A stretch of 64,000 nucleotides of DNA from an uncultured Candidatus Pelagibacter sp. (GTDB taxonomy: Bacteria > Pseudomonadota > Alphaproteobacteria > Pelagibacterales > Pelagibacteraceae): NCBI GenBank assembly GCA_913030805.1, contig CAJWDL010000004.1, forward strand, positions 2,719 to 66,718, in the 5' to 3' direction. Shown here piece by piece: positions 1 to 10,314 of the stretch. The position numbers and the translations under genes are program-made. The notes under the pieces were generated by a model, which saw only the letters and a program-made list of their open reading frames with translations, was not told where the DNA came from and ran no database searches. Position 1 is the stretch's first letter. Each line of letters starts with the position of its first letter.

Positions 1-631
1 CAAAAACTCTTCTATCTCCATTTTTTATTTCAGGGAGGAATTTTTGTATCATGATGTGTTCATTTTTCTTTATAAAATTTTGGATTATCTTTTTATTAAA
101 GTGATTTTTGATTAATAGTATATCATTTCCACCATATCCATGAATTGGTTTGATAACAATTTTGTTAAATCTTTTAAAAAATCTGAAGATAGCTTCTATA
201 TCTTGAGTAAAGATTGTAGGAGGCATAAATTTAATAAAATTCGTTGAATATAGTTTTTCAGAAATATCCCTAACAGATTTTGGATTGTTAATTACTTTTA
301 CTTTTTTTGGAAGTTTTTCTAACAAATAAGTGGCAGTGATGTAATCCATGTTAAAAGGTGGATTCTGTCTCATTAAAATTACTTTTGCTTTTGAAAGATC
401 TAAATTTGTTTTTCTTTTTATTTTATAAAATTTTTTACTGTTTTCGATAAATGAAATTTCATCACATTTAGCTGTGACCTTGTTTTTAATATATGTTAGG
501 TTTTTTGTTCTATAGTAATATATTTGATAATTTCTTCTTTGGGCTTCAAGTGCTAGCAAAATGGTTGTATCAGTTTTTGGATTTAGATTATTTAAACTAT
601 CACCTTGAATAGCTAAGATTTTAGTTCTCAT
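1..631 (-). CDS. gshB: Glutathione synthetase, 5' part (C-terminus lies beyond the window start)
   Basis: Not in the ORF track because it runs off the window. My translation of the minus strand from the ATG at 631-629 gives MRTKILAIQGDS..LEAQRRNYQIYY..ILMRQNPPFNMDYITATYLLE..IKPIHGYGGNDI..PEIKNGDRRVF. This is colinear with prokaryotic GshB (E. coli EAQRRG, ILMRKDPPFD, GDKRV). It overlaps the gshA stop by 11 nt. Confidence 0.85.
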   Translation of the reverse strand, partial: MRTKILAIQGDSLNNLNPKTDTTILLALEAQRRNYQIYYYRTKNLTYIKNKVTAKCDEISFIENSKKFYKIKRKTNLDLSKAKVILMRQNPPFNMDYITATYLLEKLPKKVKVINNPKSVRDISEKLYSTNFIKFMPPTIFTQDIEAIFRFFKRFNKIVIKPIHGYGGNDILLIKNHFNKKIIQNFIKKNEHIMIQKFLPEIKNGDRRVF

Positions 632-1913
632 ACAAGTAGTTAAGATCCTTATCATCTTGAAATTTAGCTAGCATTAATTCAGCATTTGTTTTATTAGAGT
701 TTAAAATTTGATTTATATAATTTAGGTAGATTGTTTCATTCTTTTTACTTTTGTTTAATTGATTTCTTTTTTCTAGCCCTTTTTTTGCTAATTTAAAAAA
801 TATTTTATTCCATTCACCAATATTTTTTCCTTCGAGTTCAGTTCTTAATCCTTTCTTGGGTGCTTCAATGTAAGTATTTAGCAGATTTTTTTTATTCCAC
901 TTTGATACGATTTCAAGCGACTCTTCAAGGTTTCCATACAAAAGTCCAACAAAGAATGCGGGAGCATTACACAAGCAATCCCAATCACAAGTATCAATTG
1001 ATCTAATCTCGATATACTGTTTAAGCCTATTTTCAGTAAAAATTGTACTTAAATGATTTGATAAATCGTTTTTATCAGGTAATTCGTTGTTGATTTCATC
1101 CAATCTTCCATTCATAAAATCTTCAAAATTTTTACCATTTACTTCAATATAATTGTTTTTTCTTTGAGCAAATAAAATAGGAATCTTCATTATGAATTTT
1201 GCATATTTTTCAAAATCCATATTATCTAAGAATTCAATGGGCAAACCTCCCCTCGAAGTTTCCTGCCAAACTTTGGATCTGTATGAATAATAATTACTAT
1301 TTTTTTTCTCAACAATTGATGAATTAGCAAATAATGCCATAGATAATGGTACTAAATAACAGCTAAGTTTAAATTTTTTTGTGAAGTCTTCTTCTGAGGA
1401 ATAGTCAAGATTAACTTGTGTTCCGCAAGTTCTATACATCATATCTAAACTTAGTCTGCCATTTTTTGGCATTTCTTTTGTCATTATTTCATATCTTTTT
1501 TTTGGATTGCTTGGGATTTCATTCAGTTTTGAAATTGGATCAAAACCAAGTGATATAATTCTAAGATTTAGCTTAGAGCTTATTTGTTTCAATTCAAATA
1601 TATAATCGTGTGCTTCTTTACAAATTTCATGAATATTATTTAATTTTGCACCTGATAACTCAATTTGATTTCCAGGTTCAAGGGTAATTTGTTGATCATT
1701 TTTTTTTAATGCAATTATATCATTTCCTTCGAAGATCGGATGCCAACCAGAATTTTTAAACAAATCAAATATTTTATTGATAATTTGGTAATCCACTCTT
1801 TTTCTTAACTTGTTAAAGATGAATTTTTCATGCTCAACTCCTATTTTAAGATTATTTTTATTTTTAATTCCCTCTTGAAAGTATTGAATAATATTTTCCT
1901 TAGTGGTTATCAT
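621..1913 (-). CDS. gshA: Glutamate--cysteine ligase, plant/alphaproteobacterial (GCS2) type
   Basis: 430 aa. The LEPGNQIELSGA block and the length fit the plant-type GCL family. It lies immediately upstream of, and overlaps, gshB. Confidence 0.8.
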   Translation of the reverse strand: MITTKENIIQYFQEGIKNKNNLKIGVEHEKFIFNKLRKRVDYQIINKIFDLFKNSGWHPIFEGNDIIALKKNDQQITLEPGNQIELSGAKLNNIHEICKEAHDYIFELKQISSKLNLRIISLGFDPISKLNEIPSNPKKRYEIMTKEMPKNGRLSLDMMYRTCGTQVNLDYSSEEDFTKKFKLSCYLVPLSMALFANSSIVEKKNSNYYSYRSKVWQETSRGGLPIEFLDNMDFEKYAKFIMKIPILFAQRKNNYIEVNGKNFEDFMNGRLDEINNELPDKNDLSNHLSTIFTENRLKQYIEIRSIDTCDWDCLCNAPAFFVGLLYGNLEESLEIVSKWNKKNLLNTYIEAPKKGLRTELEGKNIGEWNKIFFKLAKKGLEKRNQLNKSKKNETIYLNYINQILNSNKTNAELMLAKFQDDKDLNYLYEN

Positions 1914-2023
1914 TTAGTTGGTCAAATATTCCAAAAAAACTCTTAATAATAGCAATTTAGAAACTATTTGACATCATATATAACACCAATTACGTTTCTC
2001 CAAGGAAAGATAAAAAAAAATTT

Positions 2024-3085
2024 ATGTCAACAAAAGGACTAATTGAAAGATTAAACAAGGGCCCAGTAATTTGTGCTGAAGGTTTTTTGTTTGAAATTGA
2101 AAGAAGGGGATACATGTCTTCAGGACAATTTGTTCCCATGGTATCTTTGGAACATCCCGAAGCTTTAGAAAATCTTCATAAAGATTTTCAACATGCAGGC
2201 TCTGATATTGTTCAGGCATTTACTTACAATGGACATCGTGAAAAAATGAGAGTGATCGGTAAAGAAGAGTTATTAGAACCCTTAAATAGATCCGCTTTAA
2301 AAATAGCAAAAAAAGTTGCAATAAGTACTCCAAAAGGAATTGAACCTAATTTGATGGCTGGAAATATTTCAAATTCAAATATTTGGAAAGAGAATGATTC
2401 AAAATCACAATTAGAAGTTGAGAAAATGTTCGCAGAAATGGTTGGTTGGGCTCTTGAAGAAGGTGCGGATATGTTAATTGGAGAAACTTTTTATTATGCT
2501 GAAGAAGCTTATAAAGCTTTAGAGGTAATGAAAAAAACAGGCCTTCCATGTGTTATTACAATAGCACCCATGGGTGAAAATATAATGAGAGATGGGGTTT
2601 CTATTGTGGATACTTGCAAAGAATTGGAGCAACTTGGCGGAGATGTTGTTGGAATGAATTGTTTTAGAGGTCCCGCTACCATGATGCCTTACTTAAAAGA
2701 AGTTAGGAAAGCTTTGAAATGTCATGTTGCTGCTTTACCCATTAATTTTCGTACAACCGAAGAGCATCCAACCTTTTTTAATTTACCAGACAATAATGGA
2801 TGTGCATGTCATTCACCTCACGGAAGAACATTTCCTACCGCATTGGATCCTCTTCAATGTAATAGATATGAAATTAGAAAATTTGCAAAAGAAGCTTTTG
2901 GTCTTGGTGTAAACTATTTAGGAGTTTGTTGTGGTGCAAACCCAATGTTGATTAGAGAAGTCGCTGAGTCAGTTGGATTGAAAGTGCCTGCCAGCAAGTA
3001 TAAAGAAGATATGTCAACTCATTTTATTTATGGAACCAATAAGAGCATAGCAAAACATATGAGAGATTACGGAGATAAAGCGTAA
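2024..3085 (+). CDS. bhmT: Homocysteine S-methyltransferase family protein, probably betaine--homocysteine S-methyltransferase
   Basis: 353 aa. N-terminal GPVICAEGFLFE. Zn-ligand cysteines sit in GMNCF and GVCCGA, typical of the Pfam S-methyl_trans fold. Size and sequence resemble bacterial BHMT. Confidence 0.75.
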   Translation: MSTKGLIERLNKGPVICAEGFLFEIERRGYMSSGQFVPMVSLEHPEALENLHKDFQHAGSDIVQAFTYNGHREKMRVIGKEELLEPLNRSALKIAKKVAISTPKGIEPNLMAGNISNSNIWKENDSKSQLEVEKMFAEMVGWALEEGADMLIGETFYYAEEAYKALEVMKKTGLPCVITIAPMGENIMRDGVSIVDTCKELEQLGGDVVGMNCFRGPATMMPYLKEVRKALKCHVAALPINFRTTEEHPTFFNLPDNNGCACHSPHGRTFPTALDPLQCNRYEIRKFAKEAFGLGVNYLGVCCGANPMLIREVAESVGLKVPASKYKEDMSTHFIYGTNKSIAKHMRDYGDKA

Positions 3086-3089
3086 TTTT

Positions 3090-4601
3090 TTAATTTTTTT
3101 GAACACTACTTAAGAGTGATAATTGTGTAATTTTACTGTCACCAAGATCATCAGTTGGTTTTATCGGATAATCTCCTGTAAAATAATGATCAGTAAATTG
3201 TGGGTAAAGATTATTTCTTTTATCAAAACCCATGGCTTTATAGAGACCTTCTAAAGATAAAAATTTTAAAGATTTTGCATTAATGAATTTACACATTTCT
3301 TCGATACTATTGTTTGCGGCTAATAATTCCTTTTTTGTAGGAGTATCAACTCCGTAAAAATCGGGAAATTTTATTTCTGGACAAGCTATTCTGACATGGA
3401 CTTCTTTTGCTCCTGCATCATATAACATTTTTACTATTTTGTGGCAGGTCGTGCCTCTAACCAGCGAGTCATCGATTAAAACGATAGATTTACCTATCAA
3501 GGAAGATTTATTTACACTTAATTTTAATTTTACGCCAAAACTTCTGATGCTTTGGGCTGGCTCAATAAAAGTTCTTCCCACATAATGATTTCGAATTAAT
3601 CCCAATTCAAAATTTTTTTCAATTTTTTGACTATAACCAATTGCTGCAGGCACCCCTGAATCTGGAACGGGTACAATAATATCAACGTCAGTATGAGATT
3701 CTTTTGCCAGCTCATATCCTAAATTTTTTCTATATTCGTAGGCACATTTATTATTCAATATGCTGTCCGGCCTTGAAAAATAAATATATTCAAAGATACA
3801 TGGTCTTGCTTTTTTACTAGGAAAAGGTTTAATAGTTTTTAATTTTTCATTTTCAACAACTACTATTTCCCCGTTTTCAACTTCTCTGATAAATTTTGCA
3901 CCTACAATGTCTAGTGCACAAGTTTCGGAAGCAAATATGTAGGAGTTTTTTAATTTTCCTATTATTAAAGGTCTAATTCCAAAAGGATCTCTTGCAGCGA
4001 TAAGAACATTATTTATTAACATTACTAAAGCATAACCACCTTGTATTTGAAACAGGGCGTCTACAATTTTATCGATCATTATTTGCCTTTTTGATTTTGC
4101 TATAAGTTGGACAATGGCTTCTGTATCAGAAGTCGTATGAAAAATTGCTCCATCTTTTACAAGTTTTTTTCTTAAGGTAATGGCATTTGTGAGATTTCCA
4201 TTATGCGCTATACTTATTCCTCCGCCGTGAAGATCTGCAAAAAAAGGCTGAATATTTCTTAATGTTGTTCCGCCTGTAGTTGAGTACCGGTTATGTCCAA
4301 TTGCAAATTGGCCCGGTAACTTTTCTATAGTTTTTCCTTTTGTAAAATTATCTCCTACTAATCCTAATCTTTTTTCGGAATGAAAATTCTTTCCATCAAA
4401 AGATACTATTCCACAACCCTCTTGTCCTCGGTGTTGGAGCGCATGCAATCCTAGCGCAGTTAAAGTGGCAGCATCATTGTTATTACTTATTCCAAATACT
4501 CCGCATTCTTCTTTCAGTTTTGGATTAAATTTTTTCGATTTTTTCTTTCGTGTCATCATAATATTCATCACTTTTTGGAAATTCTTCAACCAAAAACTCA
4601 C
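3090..4601 (-). CDS. purF: Amidophosphoribosyltransferase
   Basis: CGVFGI Ntn-nucleophile motif, PRPP-binding VLIDDSLVRGTT, and the classic cvpA-purF order. The true start is probably an internal Met (about 4556), leaving a short propeptide before the Cys. Confidence 0.95.
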   Translation of the reverse strand: MSFWLKNFQKVMNIMMTRKKKSKKFNPKLKEECGVFGISNNNDAATLTALGLHALQHRGQEGCGIVSFDGKNFHSEKRLGLVGDNFTKGKTIEKLPGQFAIGHNRYSTTGGTTLRNIQPFFADLHGGGISIAHNGNLTNAITLRKKLVKDGAIFHTTSDTEAIVQLIAKSKRQIMIDKIVDALFQIQGGYALVMLINNVLIAARDPFGIRPLIIGKLKNSYIFASETCALDIVGAKFIREVENGEIVVVENEKLKTIKPFPSKKARPCIFEYIYFSRPDSILNNKCAYEYRKNLGYELAKESHTDVDIIVPVPDSGVPAAIGYSQKIEKNFELGLIRNHYVGRTFIEPAQSIRSFGVKLKLSVNKSSLIGKSIVLIDDSLVRGTTCHKIVKMLYDAGAKEVHVRIACPEIKFPDFYGVDTPTKKELLAANNSIEEMCKFINAKSLKFLSLEGLYKAMGFDKRNNLYPQFTDHYFTGDYPIKPTDDLGDSKITQLSLLSSVQKN

Positions 4602-5064
4602 TTCCTTTATATATTATTTCAAAGGAATAAGTACCTTCAGTTTTTACGGGCCATCGTTGGTATGGATAAAACCAATTAAGTAAAGAAAAAAAGCATACAC
4701 AAAATACATATCCTTTAAAGATTCCAAAAATTAAACCAAAAGTTTTATCGACGGCACCAAATCCCGTCCAAGTTACAGCGCTACCAGCGGCTTTTCCTAT
4801 ATTGATTATTATAAAAAGTGAAATTATGTATATAAAAATCCCCAAACCAATATCGGCAATAAATTTTGATTCTATAAAATCTTGTACCCAAGGATTTAGT
4901 TTTGGCACTAGAACGATTGTTATAACTAAAGCAATCAACCATTTCGAAAAAGATAATAAGCTCAACGTAAAGCCCTTCGCGGCACATTGAGCTACGGAAT
5001 AAATAGTAATTAGAAAAACAGTGAGATCAAATACCGAGATATTATTTTGTATAAATTCTAGCAC
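4525..5064 (-). CDS. cvpA: CvpA family (colicin V production) membrane protein
   Basis: 179 aa with 4 hydrophobic helices, located directly upstream of purF as in many proteobacteria. Confidence 0.8.
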   Translation of the reverse strand: MLEFIQNNISVFDLTVFLITIYSVAQCAAKGFTLSLLSFSKWLIALVITIVLVPKLNPWVQDFIESKFIADIGLGIFIYIISLFIIINIGKAAGSAVTWTGFGAVDKTFGLIFGIFKGYVFCVCFFSLLNWFYPYQRWPVKTEGTYSFEIIYKGSEFLVEEFPKSDEYYDDTKEKIEKI

Positions 5065-5065
5065 G

Positions 5066-7525
5066 CTAGCTATTACCGAAAGGTTTTATTAATAAAATTA
5101 ATTTTGGTAAAAGCGTTAAAACTGAAATTAAAGCTAGCATCATGGCTATCCCAGTAAAGATGCCAAAATAAATTGTGGGTATAAAATTTGATAAAAATAA
5201 AATAGAAAAACCAAAAACAATTGTTATCGAGGTATTTAAAATTGCAATACCGACAGTTGAATGACATTTATCAATTGTTTGATTGTAATTATTGTTTTTT
5301 TGAAACTCTTCTCTGAATCTATAAATATAATGTATGCTATTATCCACAGCTATTCCTATTGTTATCGCAGCTATGGTAATTGTCATCATATCTAGTGGAA
5401 TTCCTAATAAACCAATAATCCCTAATATAAAAAACGCAGCAATAAAATTTGGCACCACTCCAATAAATGACAATGTTAGATTTCTAAACAATACTAAAAA
5501 CATTATAAATATTCCAGCCATTACAAATCCCAATGTTAAGATTTGAGACTTAAATAAACTTTGCAATAAATTATTAAACAAAATTAGAATCCCAGCTAAC
5601 TTAAATTCTTCTTTATTAAAACCAAGCTTGTTTTCCAAGTCACTGTTGATTTTTTTGATTAATTCGTTTCTTCTCAGATTTTCTTTCGAGTCTTTGATTC
5701 TTAAATTAATTCTTGCTTCGTTGTCTTCTACGGAAATATAGGGATCAATAATTTCCGTTTTTATTGCCTTTGGTAGCTTAGTATACAAAACTCCAAGTTC
5801 TAAAGTTTGTAATTTTTTACCATCATTTAGTTGTTCTCCCACCTTAACTATAGAAGAAAAAGACAAAACTTTTCCTACCTCTTCTAAATTATCTAAATAA
5901 TTATGAACAATATCAATTTTATCAATTTTATCTCTAGTAAACCAATATTTTTGATTATTTTCATCTTCTTCATCATCCCAGCTTTCGAATTCATCATCGT
6001 CCGAAACTGTTTTTTGTTTTTTTTTTGGAAACTTGATTATGATATCCAATGGAGTTGTTCCTCCAAGTTTATCATCGATCAATTTCATACCTTTATATAT
6101 TTCAGTTTTTTTATCAAAGTAGTTTATGAAACTGTTTTCAACTTCTAGTCTGCTAATTCCTATTGCGCTCAAAACAATTACTACAAAAGTTGTTCCAAAA
6201 ATTAATTTAGTATTTTTCTGTGAAATTTTACTTAAAATACTGGTAATTTTTGAATTACCCTCTTTTTTTATGATTAGCGTGTTATTGGTTACAAAATTTA
6301 AAGTTGCTGGTAACAATGTAAATGTAACAGTGAAAGAAGTAATTAGACCAAGTGTCATCATCCATCCAAAGTCTATGATGGGTTTAATATCACTAAAAAT
6401 TAAAGATAAAAAAGCACAGATTGTGGTTAAAACTGTGTAGAGAATTGGCCAAAACATTTTTTGTGTTGCTTGTAATATAGCTTTGCTATTACTTAATTCA
6501 GGAAAGTCTCTTCTTAATTGTAGATATCTTACACTCATGTGTATATTCATAGCCATAGTCAGAATAAGCATAAGAGCAATAAAATTTGAAGAAATTACCG
6601 TTACCTTCCATCCGAGCAGCCCAAGAAGTCCCATCATTATTAATACAGAAAAAAAACAACTATTTAATGGAATTATTATCCACAAGATTTTTCTAAAAAT
6701 AAACCAGAGTGTAGCAACAATAAATAAAAATACTCCAGCTCCAAAAACTACTATGTCGTTTTTTATAAATGTCATCATGTCGTCCGCAATCATAGGAATT
6801 CCACCTAAATGTATTTTTGCAAAACTTTGATGTTTTTTAATAATATTTCTAATTTCTAAAATATTTTCATGATTTTGCTTTTTTATAGAATCTTTATAAA
6901 TTTCAAAATCATTTAGGAATATTAAATAATTTTTTCTCTCTTCTGAATTGAGATTTTCGGTTATAGATTTATTATAATAATAATCTTTTTTTTCAATAAA
7001 TTCTCTTAATTTATTATCACTTTTTAGATTAACAATTATTCCCGTTGTTTTACCATCTTCACTTATAATAAACTCCTTAAATACCGGACTATTGATTATT
7101 TCTTCGAATCCTCTTTTTTTATCTATGCCGTCATCTTTAAGCGTTTTATAATTTTTTAGTCTCTCCATCAAAGATTCATCTGAACTGCTTAGGAGAGGTA
7201 TATCAAGTATAGTGATAACGTTGTGGATCCAGCTTAAATTTTGAATATCTTTTTTTAGTTTTATTAAATTTTGAATTGTGTCACTATTAATAATTTCTTT
7301 TTCAGGCGTGTAAGTTAATACCAAAAAATCCTTAGAACCATATCTTTTTGTTACTTCTCTGAGATAATTTAAGTCAGGATCGTTCTCTAATAAAAGAGTG
7401 TCGGAGGATGCATCAAGCTTAAAATCTTTTGAAAAATAACCAAAACTCAACAAAACTAAAAATAATAGTGTCAAAATTAGTTTTGGTTTTTGAATTACAA
7501 TATTTTGATAGCTTTTTGAGAACAT
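5066..7525 (-). CDS. RND-superfamily / MMPL-type exporter (COG1033-like)
   Basis: 819 aa. Two blocks of about 6 TM helices are each preceded by a large soluble loop. The N-terminus has the form TM-DASSDTLL..DFLVL, typical of predicted RND exporters. Confidence 0.75.
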   Translation of the reverse strand: MFSKSYQNIVIQKPKLILTLLFLVLLSFGYFSKDFKLDASSDTLLLENDPDLNYLREVTKRYGSKDFLVLTYTPEKEIINSDTIQNLIKLKKDIQNLSWIHNVITILDIPLLSSSDESLMERLKNYKTLKDDGIDKKRGFEEIINSPVFKEFIISEDGKTTGIIVNLKSDNKLREFIEKKDYYYNKSITENLNSEERKNYLIFLNDFEIYKDSIKKQNHENILEIRNIIKKHQSFAKIHLGGIPMIADDMMTFIKNDIVVFGAGVFLFIVATLWFIFRKILWIIIPLNSCFFSVLIMMGLLGLLGWKVTVISSNFIALMLILTMAMNIHMSVRYLQLRRDFPELSNSKAILQATQKMFWPILYTVLTTICAFLSLIFSDIKPIIDFGWMMTLGLITSFTVTFTLLPATLNFVTNNTLIIKKEGNSKITSILSKISQKNTKLIFGTTFVVIVLSAIGISRLEVENSFINYFDKKTEIYKGMKLIDDKLGGTTPLDIIIKFPKKKQKTVSDDDEFESWDDEEDENNQKYWFTRDKIDKIDIVHNYLDNLEEVGKVLSFSSIVKVGEQLNDGKKLQTLELGVLYTKLPKAIKTEIIDPYISVEDNEARINLRIKDSKENLRRNELIKKINSDLENKLGFNKEEFKLAGILILFNNLLQSLFKSQILTLGFVMAGIFIMFLVLFRNLTLSFIGVVPNFIAAFFILGIIGLLGIPLDMMTITIAAITIGIAVDNSIHYIYRFREEFQKNNNYNQTIDKCHSTVGIAILNTSITIVFGFSILFLSNFIPTIYFGIFTGIAMMLALISVLTLLPKLILLIKPFGNS

Positions 7526-7554
7526 TTTCTAAATCAAAATAGATATATTTTAAT

Positions 7555-8988
7555 TTAGCTAGTTTGAATATCTCTAAATTTGGTGAACATAGCTTCAAAT
7601 TCAACCTTTATGTTACCCGTTGGACCATGCCTCTGCTTGCCAATCATAATTTCGGCAAGAATCGAAATTTCATTCATCTTAGCTTGCCATTCAGCATGTT
7701 CGATAGTTGCAGGTCGAGGTTCTTTTCTTTCTAAATAATAAGCCTCTCTATAAACAAACATTACAACGTCAGCATCTTGTTCTATTGAACCAGACTCTCT
7801 TAAATCTGATAATTGAGGTTTTTTATCATCTCTTTGTTCAACAGCTCGAGAGAGCTGAGATAAAGCCAGCACTGGTATGTTGAGCTCTTTAGCTAACGCT
7901 TTAAGACCCTGTGTAATCTCTGAAATTTCTTGAACTCTACCGTCGTTTCTTATGTTAGTAGCTCTCATCAATTGTATATAATCAACTATCACCAATTCAC
8001 AACCAAACAATCTTTTTATTCTCCGAGCTCTATTACTTAAGGCAGCAATTGATATTGCCGGGGTTTCGTCGATATAAAGTGGCAATTCAGAAATATTCTT
8101 TGAGGTTTCAATAAATTTATCAAATTGTTCCTCGGAAATTTTTCCTCTTCTAATATCATTTGATTTTATTCTAGATTGTTCTGATAAAATTCTTGTCGAT
8201 AATTGTTCACAAGACATTTCTAAGGAAAAAAATGCTACTGAAGATTTTAAACCTTTATCTTGAATATTTTTTGCCGCGTGAAACGCTATATTTGTTGCAA
8301 GAGCAGTTTTTCCCATCGATGGTCTTCCAGCTATTATGAGCAAATCCTGATTATGTAGTCCTCCTAGGCGATCATCTAAGTCAACTAATCCTGTGGGAAC
8401 TCCAACAATACCTTCAACATTTTTGAAAGCCTTGGATGCCATTTCAATAGTTTGATTGAGAGCAGTATCAAACTTAACGAATGATTTTCTAAAAGATCCT
8501 CTTTCTGCTAAATCAAATAATAATTTTTCCGAGTCTTCAATTATTTTCTCACCAGGTAAATTGATATTTTTATTTGATGCATTATCTATAGTCGTTTCAG
8601 AAATTTTTATTAATTCTCTTCTTACATGCATGTCATAAATTATTTTTGCATATTCAATTGCTTGTCTTAGACTTGTAGAAAATTTAGTAATTTTCACTAG
8701 ATATTCATGACCCTCAAGTTCAATGAGAGTTTTATCATTTTCAAAATAATTCTTTAAAGTTATTGGATTTGCCAACATTCCTTTAGAAATCAGATTTTCA
8801 ATAGCTAAAAAAATTTTTTGGTGAATAGGATCATAAAATTTTGTGTAATTAATTATTGGACTTACATCATCCAATATATCATTAGACACAAGTATAGAAC
8901 CAATTACCGATTGTTCTGCTTCAATATTGTTAGGTAATTCTGTAGGATGGCTTCTAACTAAATCAAGTTTGTTTAAAGACATAAACAA
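7555..8988 (-). CDS. dnaB: Replicative DNA helicase
   Basis: PNNIEAEQSVIGSIL N-terminal motif, Walker A GRPSMGKTA, and VIVDYIQLM. 477 aa, with no intein. Confidence 0.95.
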   Translation of the reverse strand: MFMSLNKLDLVRSHPTELPNNIEAEQSVIGSILVSNDILDDVSPIINYTKFYDPIHQKIFLAIENLISKGMLANPITLKNYFENDKTLIELEGHEYLVKITKFSTSLRQAIEYAKIIYDMHVRRELIKISETTIDNASNKNINLPGEKIIEDSEKLLFDLAERGSFRKSFVKFDTALNQTIEMASKAFKNVEGIVGVPTGLVDLDDRLGGLHNQDLLIIAGRPSMGKTALATNIAFHAAKNIQDKGLKSSVAFFSLEMSCEQLSTRILSEQSRIKSNDIRRGKISEEQFDKFIETSKNISELPLYIDETPAISIAALSNRARRIKRLFGCELVIVDYIQLMRATNIRNDGRVQEISEITQGLKALAKELNIPVLALSQLSRAVEQRDDKKPQLSDLRESGSIEQDADVVMFVYREAYYLERKEPRPATIEHAEWQAKMNEISILAEIMIGKQRHGPTGNIKVEFEAMFTKFRDIQTS

Positions 8989-9073
8989 AAGTATATATCC
9001 GTTTTTTACTTCTTTAAAAATAATTATTTAAATTATTTCTCTATGTGAAAAAAATCTTAACAAAGTGAAAATT

Positions 9074-9535
9074 TTAAGATTTTTTCTCTTCAGATTTTTC
9101 AACTTCAATAAGAATGTGTGCTTGTATCTCTGAATGTAGATTGATAGTTGTTTTAAAGGTACCAATTGATTTGATTTCTTTTTCTATGTCAATCTGTGAT
9201 GGTTTTACGTCTACATTATCTTTTTCTTTTATAATTTTTGCTATTTCTGTGGGCCTTACTGACCCATAAAGATCATTATTTTCGGTAACCAACTTTTGAA
9301 TTTTATATTTTTTGTTGCTTAATATTTCACAATCCTTCTTTGCTTCTTTTTTAAGCTCCAAATCTTTTTTGTTAAGTTGTGTTCTTTTGTTATTTACTAT
9401 TTCAATATTTTCTTTTGATGCATTAAGAGCTTTTTCAAATTTAATTAGATAATTTCTGGCATATCCTCTTTTAACCTTAACAATGTCTCCTATTTTTCCA
9501 AGGTTTTTAATATTTTCTAGTAAAATAACCTGCAT
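9074..9535 (-). CDS. rplI: 50S ribosomal protein L9
   Basis: MQVILLENIKNLGKIGDIVKVKRGYARNYL is a canonical L9 N-terminus. It sits in the rpsF-rpsR-rplI order. Confidence 0.92.
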   Translation of the reverse strand: MQVILLENIKNLGKIGDIVKVKRGYARNYLIKFEKALNASKENIEIVNNKRTQLNKKDLELKKEAKKDCEILSNKKYKIQKLVTENNDLYGSVRPTEIAKIIKEKDNVDVKPSQIDIEKEIKSIGTFKTTINLHSEIQAHILIEVEKSEEKKS

Positions 9536-9543
9536 AAATAAAT

Positions 9544-9819
9544 TTAAACCAGTGCTAAAATTCTTGCTCTTTTAATTGACAATGAGAGTTTTCTTTGTTT
9601 GTTTTGAGAAACGGATGTGATTCTAGATGGCAAAATTTTACCATTTTCTGATATATATTTTTTTAATAATTTAACATTTTTATAATCAATTTCTGGAGCA
9701 TTTTTTTCTGATAAAGGACATTTTTTTTTGAATTGAAATTTTGAAACTTGAAATAAATTCAATTTGGTAAGGTTACGCTGATAATTTTTTTTTACATTTC
9801 TTTTAAATTTCTTTATCAT
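9544..9819 (-). CDS. rpsR: 30S ribosomal protein S18
   Basis: [47 protein letters not shown] matches the S18 signature. Confidence 0.92.
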   Translation of the reverse strand: MIKKFKRNVKKNYQRNLTKLNLFQVSKFQFKKKCPLSEKNAPEIDYKNVKLLKKYISENGKILPSRITSVSQNKQRKLSLSIKRARILALV

Positions 9820-9851
9820 TATTTACCATTCTTTCTGTTTTTTTTCTTGAC

Positions 9852-10187
9852 CTATTTTCTAGAGTTGTTTTCTTGCTTAAAATAATCTTTATCCAAATCA
9901 AATTTTTTTACTCTTACGGTTAAAAATCTCAGTAAGTTTTTGTCGATTTTTTCATTTTTTTCTAATTCTGAAACAGTTAAGCTATTTCCTTTAAGTTTAA
10001 AGTGAATATAGTTGCCTTTCTTATTTTTGTTTATTTCATGAGACAAATTTAGAAGACCCCAATCATCAATTTTTATAATTTCTCCTTCATTTTTTTCAAT
10101 AATTTTTGAATATTTTGTTTTTAAACTTTTCAACTGGTCAGCAGAGTGACTTTGTTTTACTATAATTGTATGTTCGTATAAACTCAT
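9852..10187 (-). CDS. rpsF: 30S ribosomal protein S6
   Basis: MSLYEHTIIV start, size, and position as first gene of the S6-S18-L9 operon. Confidence 0.9.
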   Translation of the reverse strand: MSLYEHTIIVKQSHSADQLKSLKTKYSKIIEKNEGEIIKIDDWGLLNLSHEINKNKKGNYIHFKLKGNSLTVSELEKNEKIDKNLLRFLTVRVKKFDLDKDYFKQENNSRK

Positions 10188-10314
10188 TTTTCGTTCTAAT
10201 AATCTTATATTTTATCTGCAGTACATTTTTTACCGTGTCTAGAAAAGATGGTTTTATACTATTTAAACTTCTAATTTACAATGTATAAATTACTTCTTAG
10301 AATATAATAATCAT

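Noticed and set aside
1914-2023. Possible SAM-II/SAM-V riboswitch in the leader of the bhmT-like gene. Such riboswitches are described upstream of bhmT and metY in Pelagibacter.
   Set aside because: The 110-nt spacer has no AAAGC(U)-type triplex tract and no G/C-containing pseudoknot stems. A plausible -35 (TTGACA, 1968-1973) would leave a leader of only about 20-30 nt. I cannot support an aptamer. A covariance-model scan (Rfam SAM-II and SAM-V) would settle it.
10188-10314. An rpsF (S6:S18-binding) leader structure in the rpsF<>fabD divergent spacer.
   Set aside because: I could not fold a convincing hairpin with the conserved internal-loop features by eye. The only pairing is weak (UCU...AGA around 10225-10255). 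This needs an Rfam scan.
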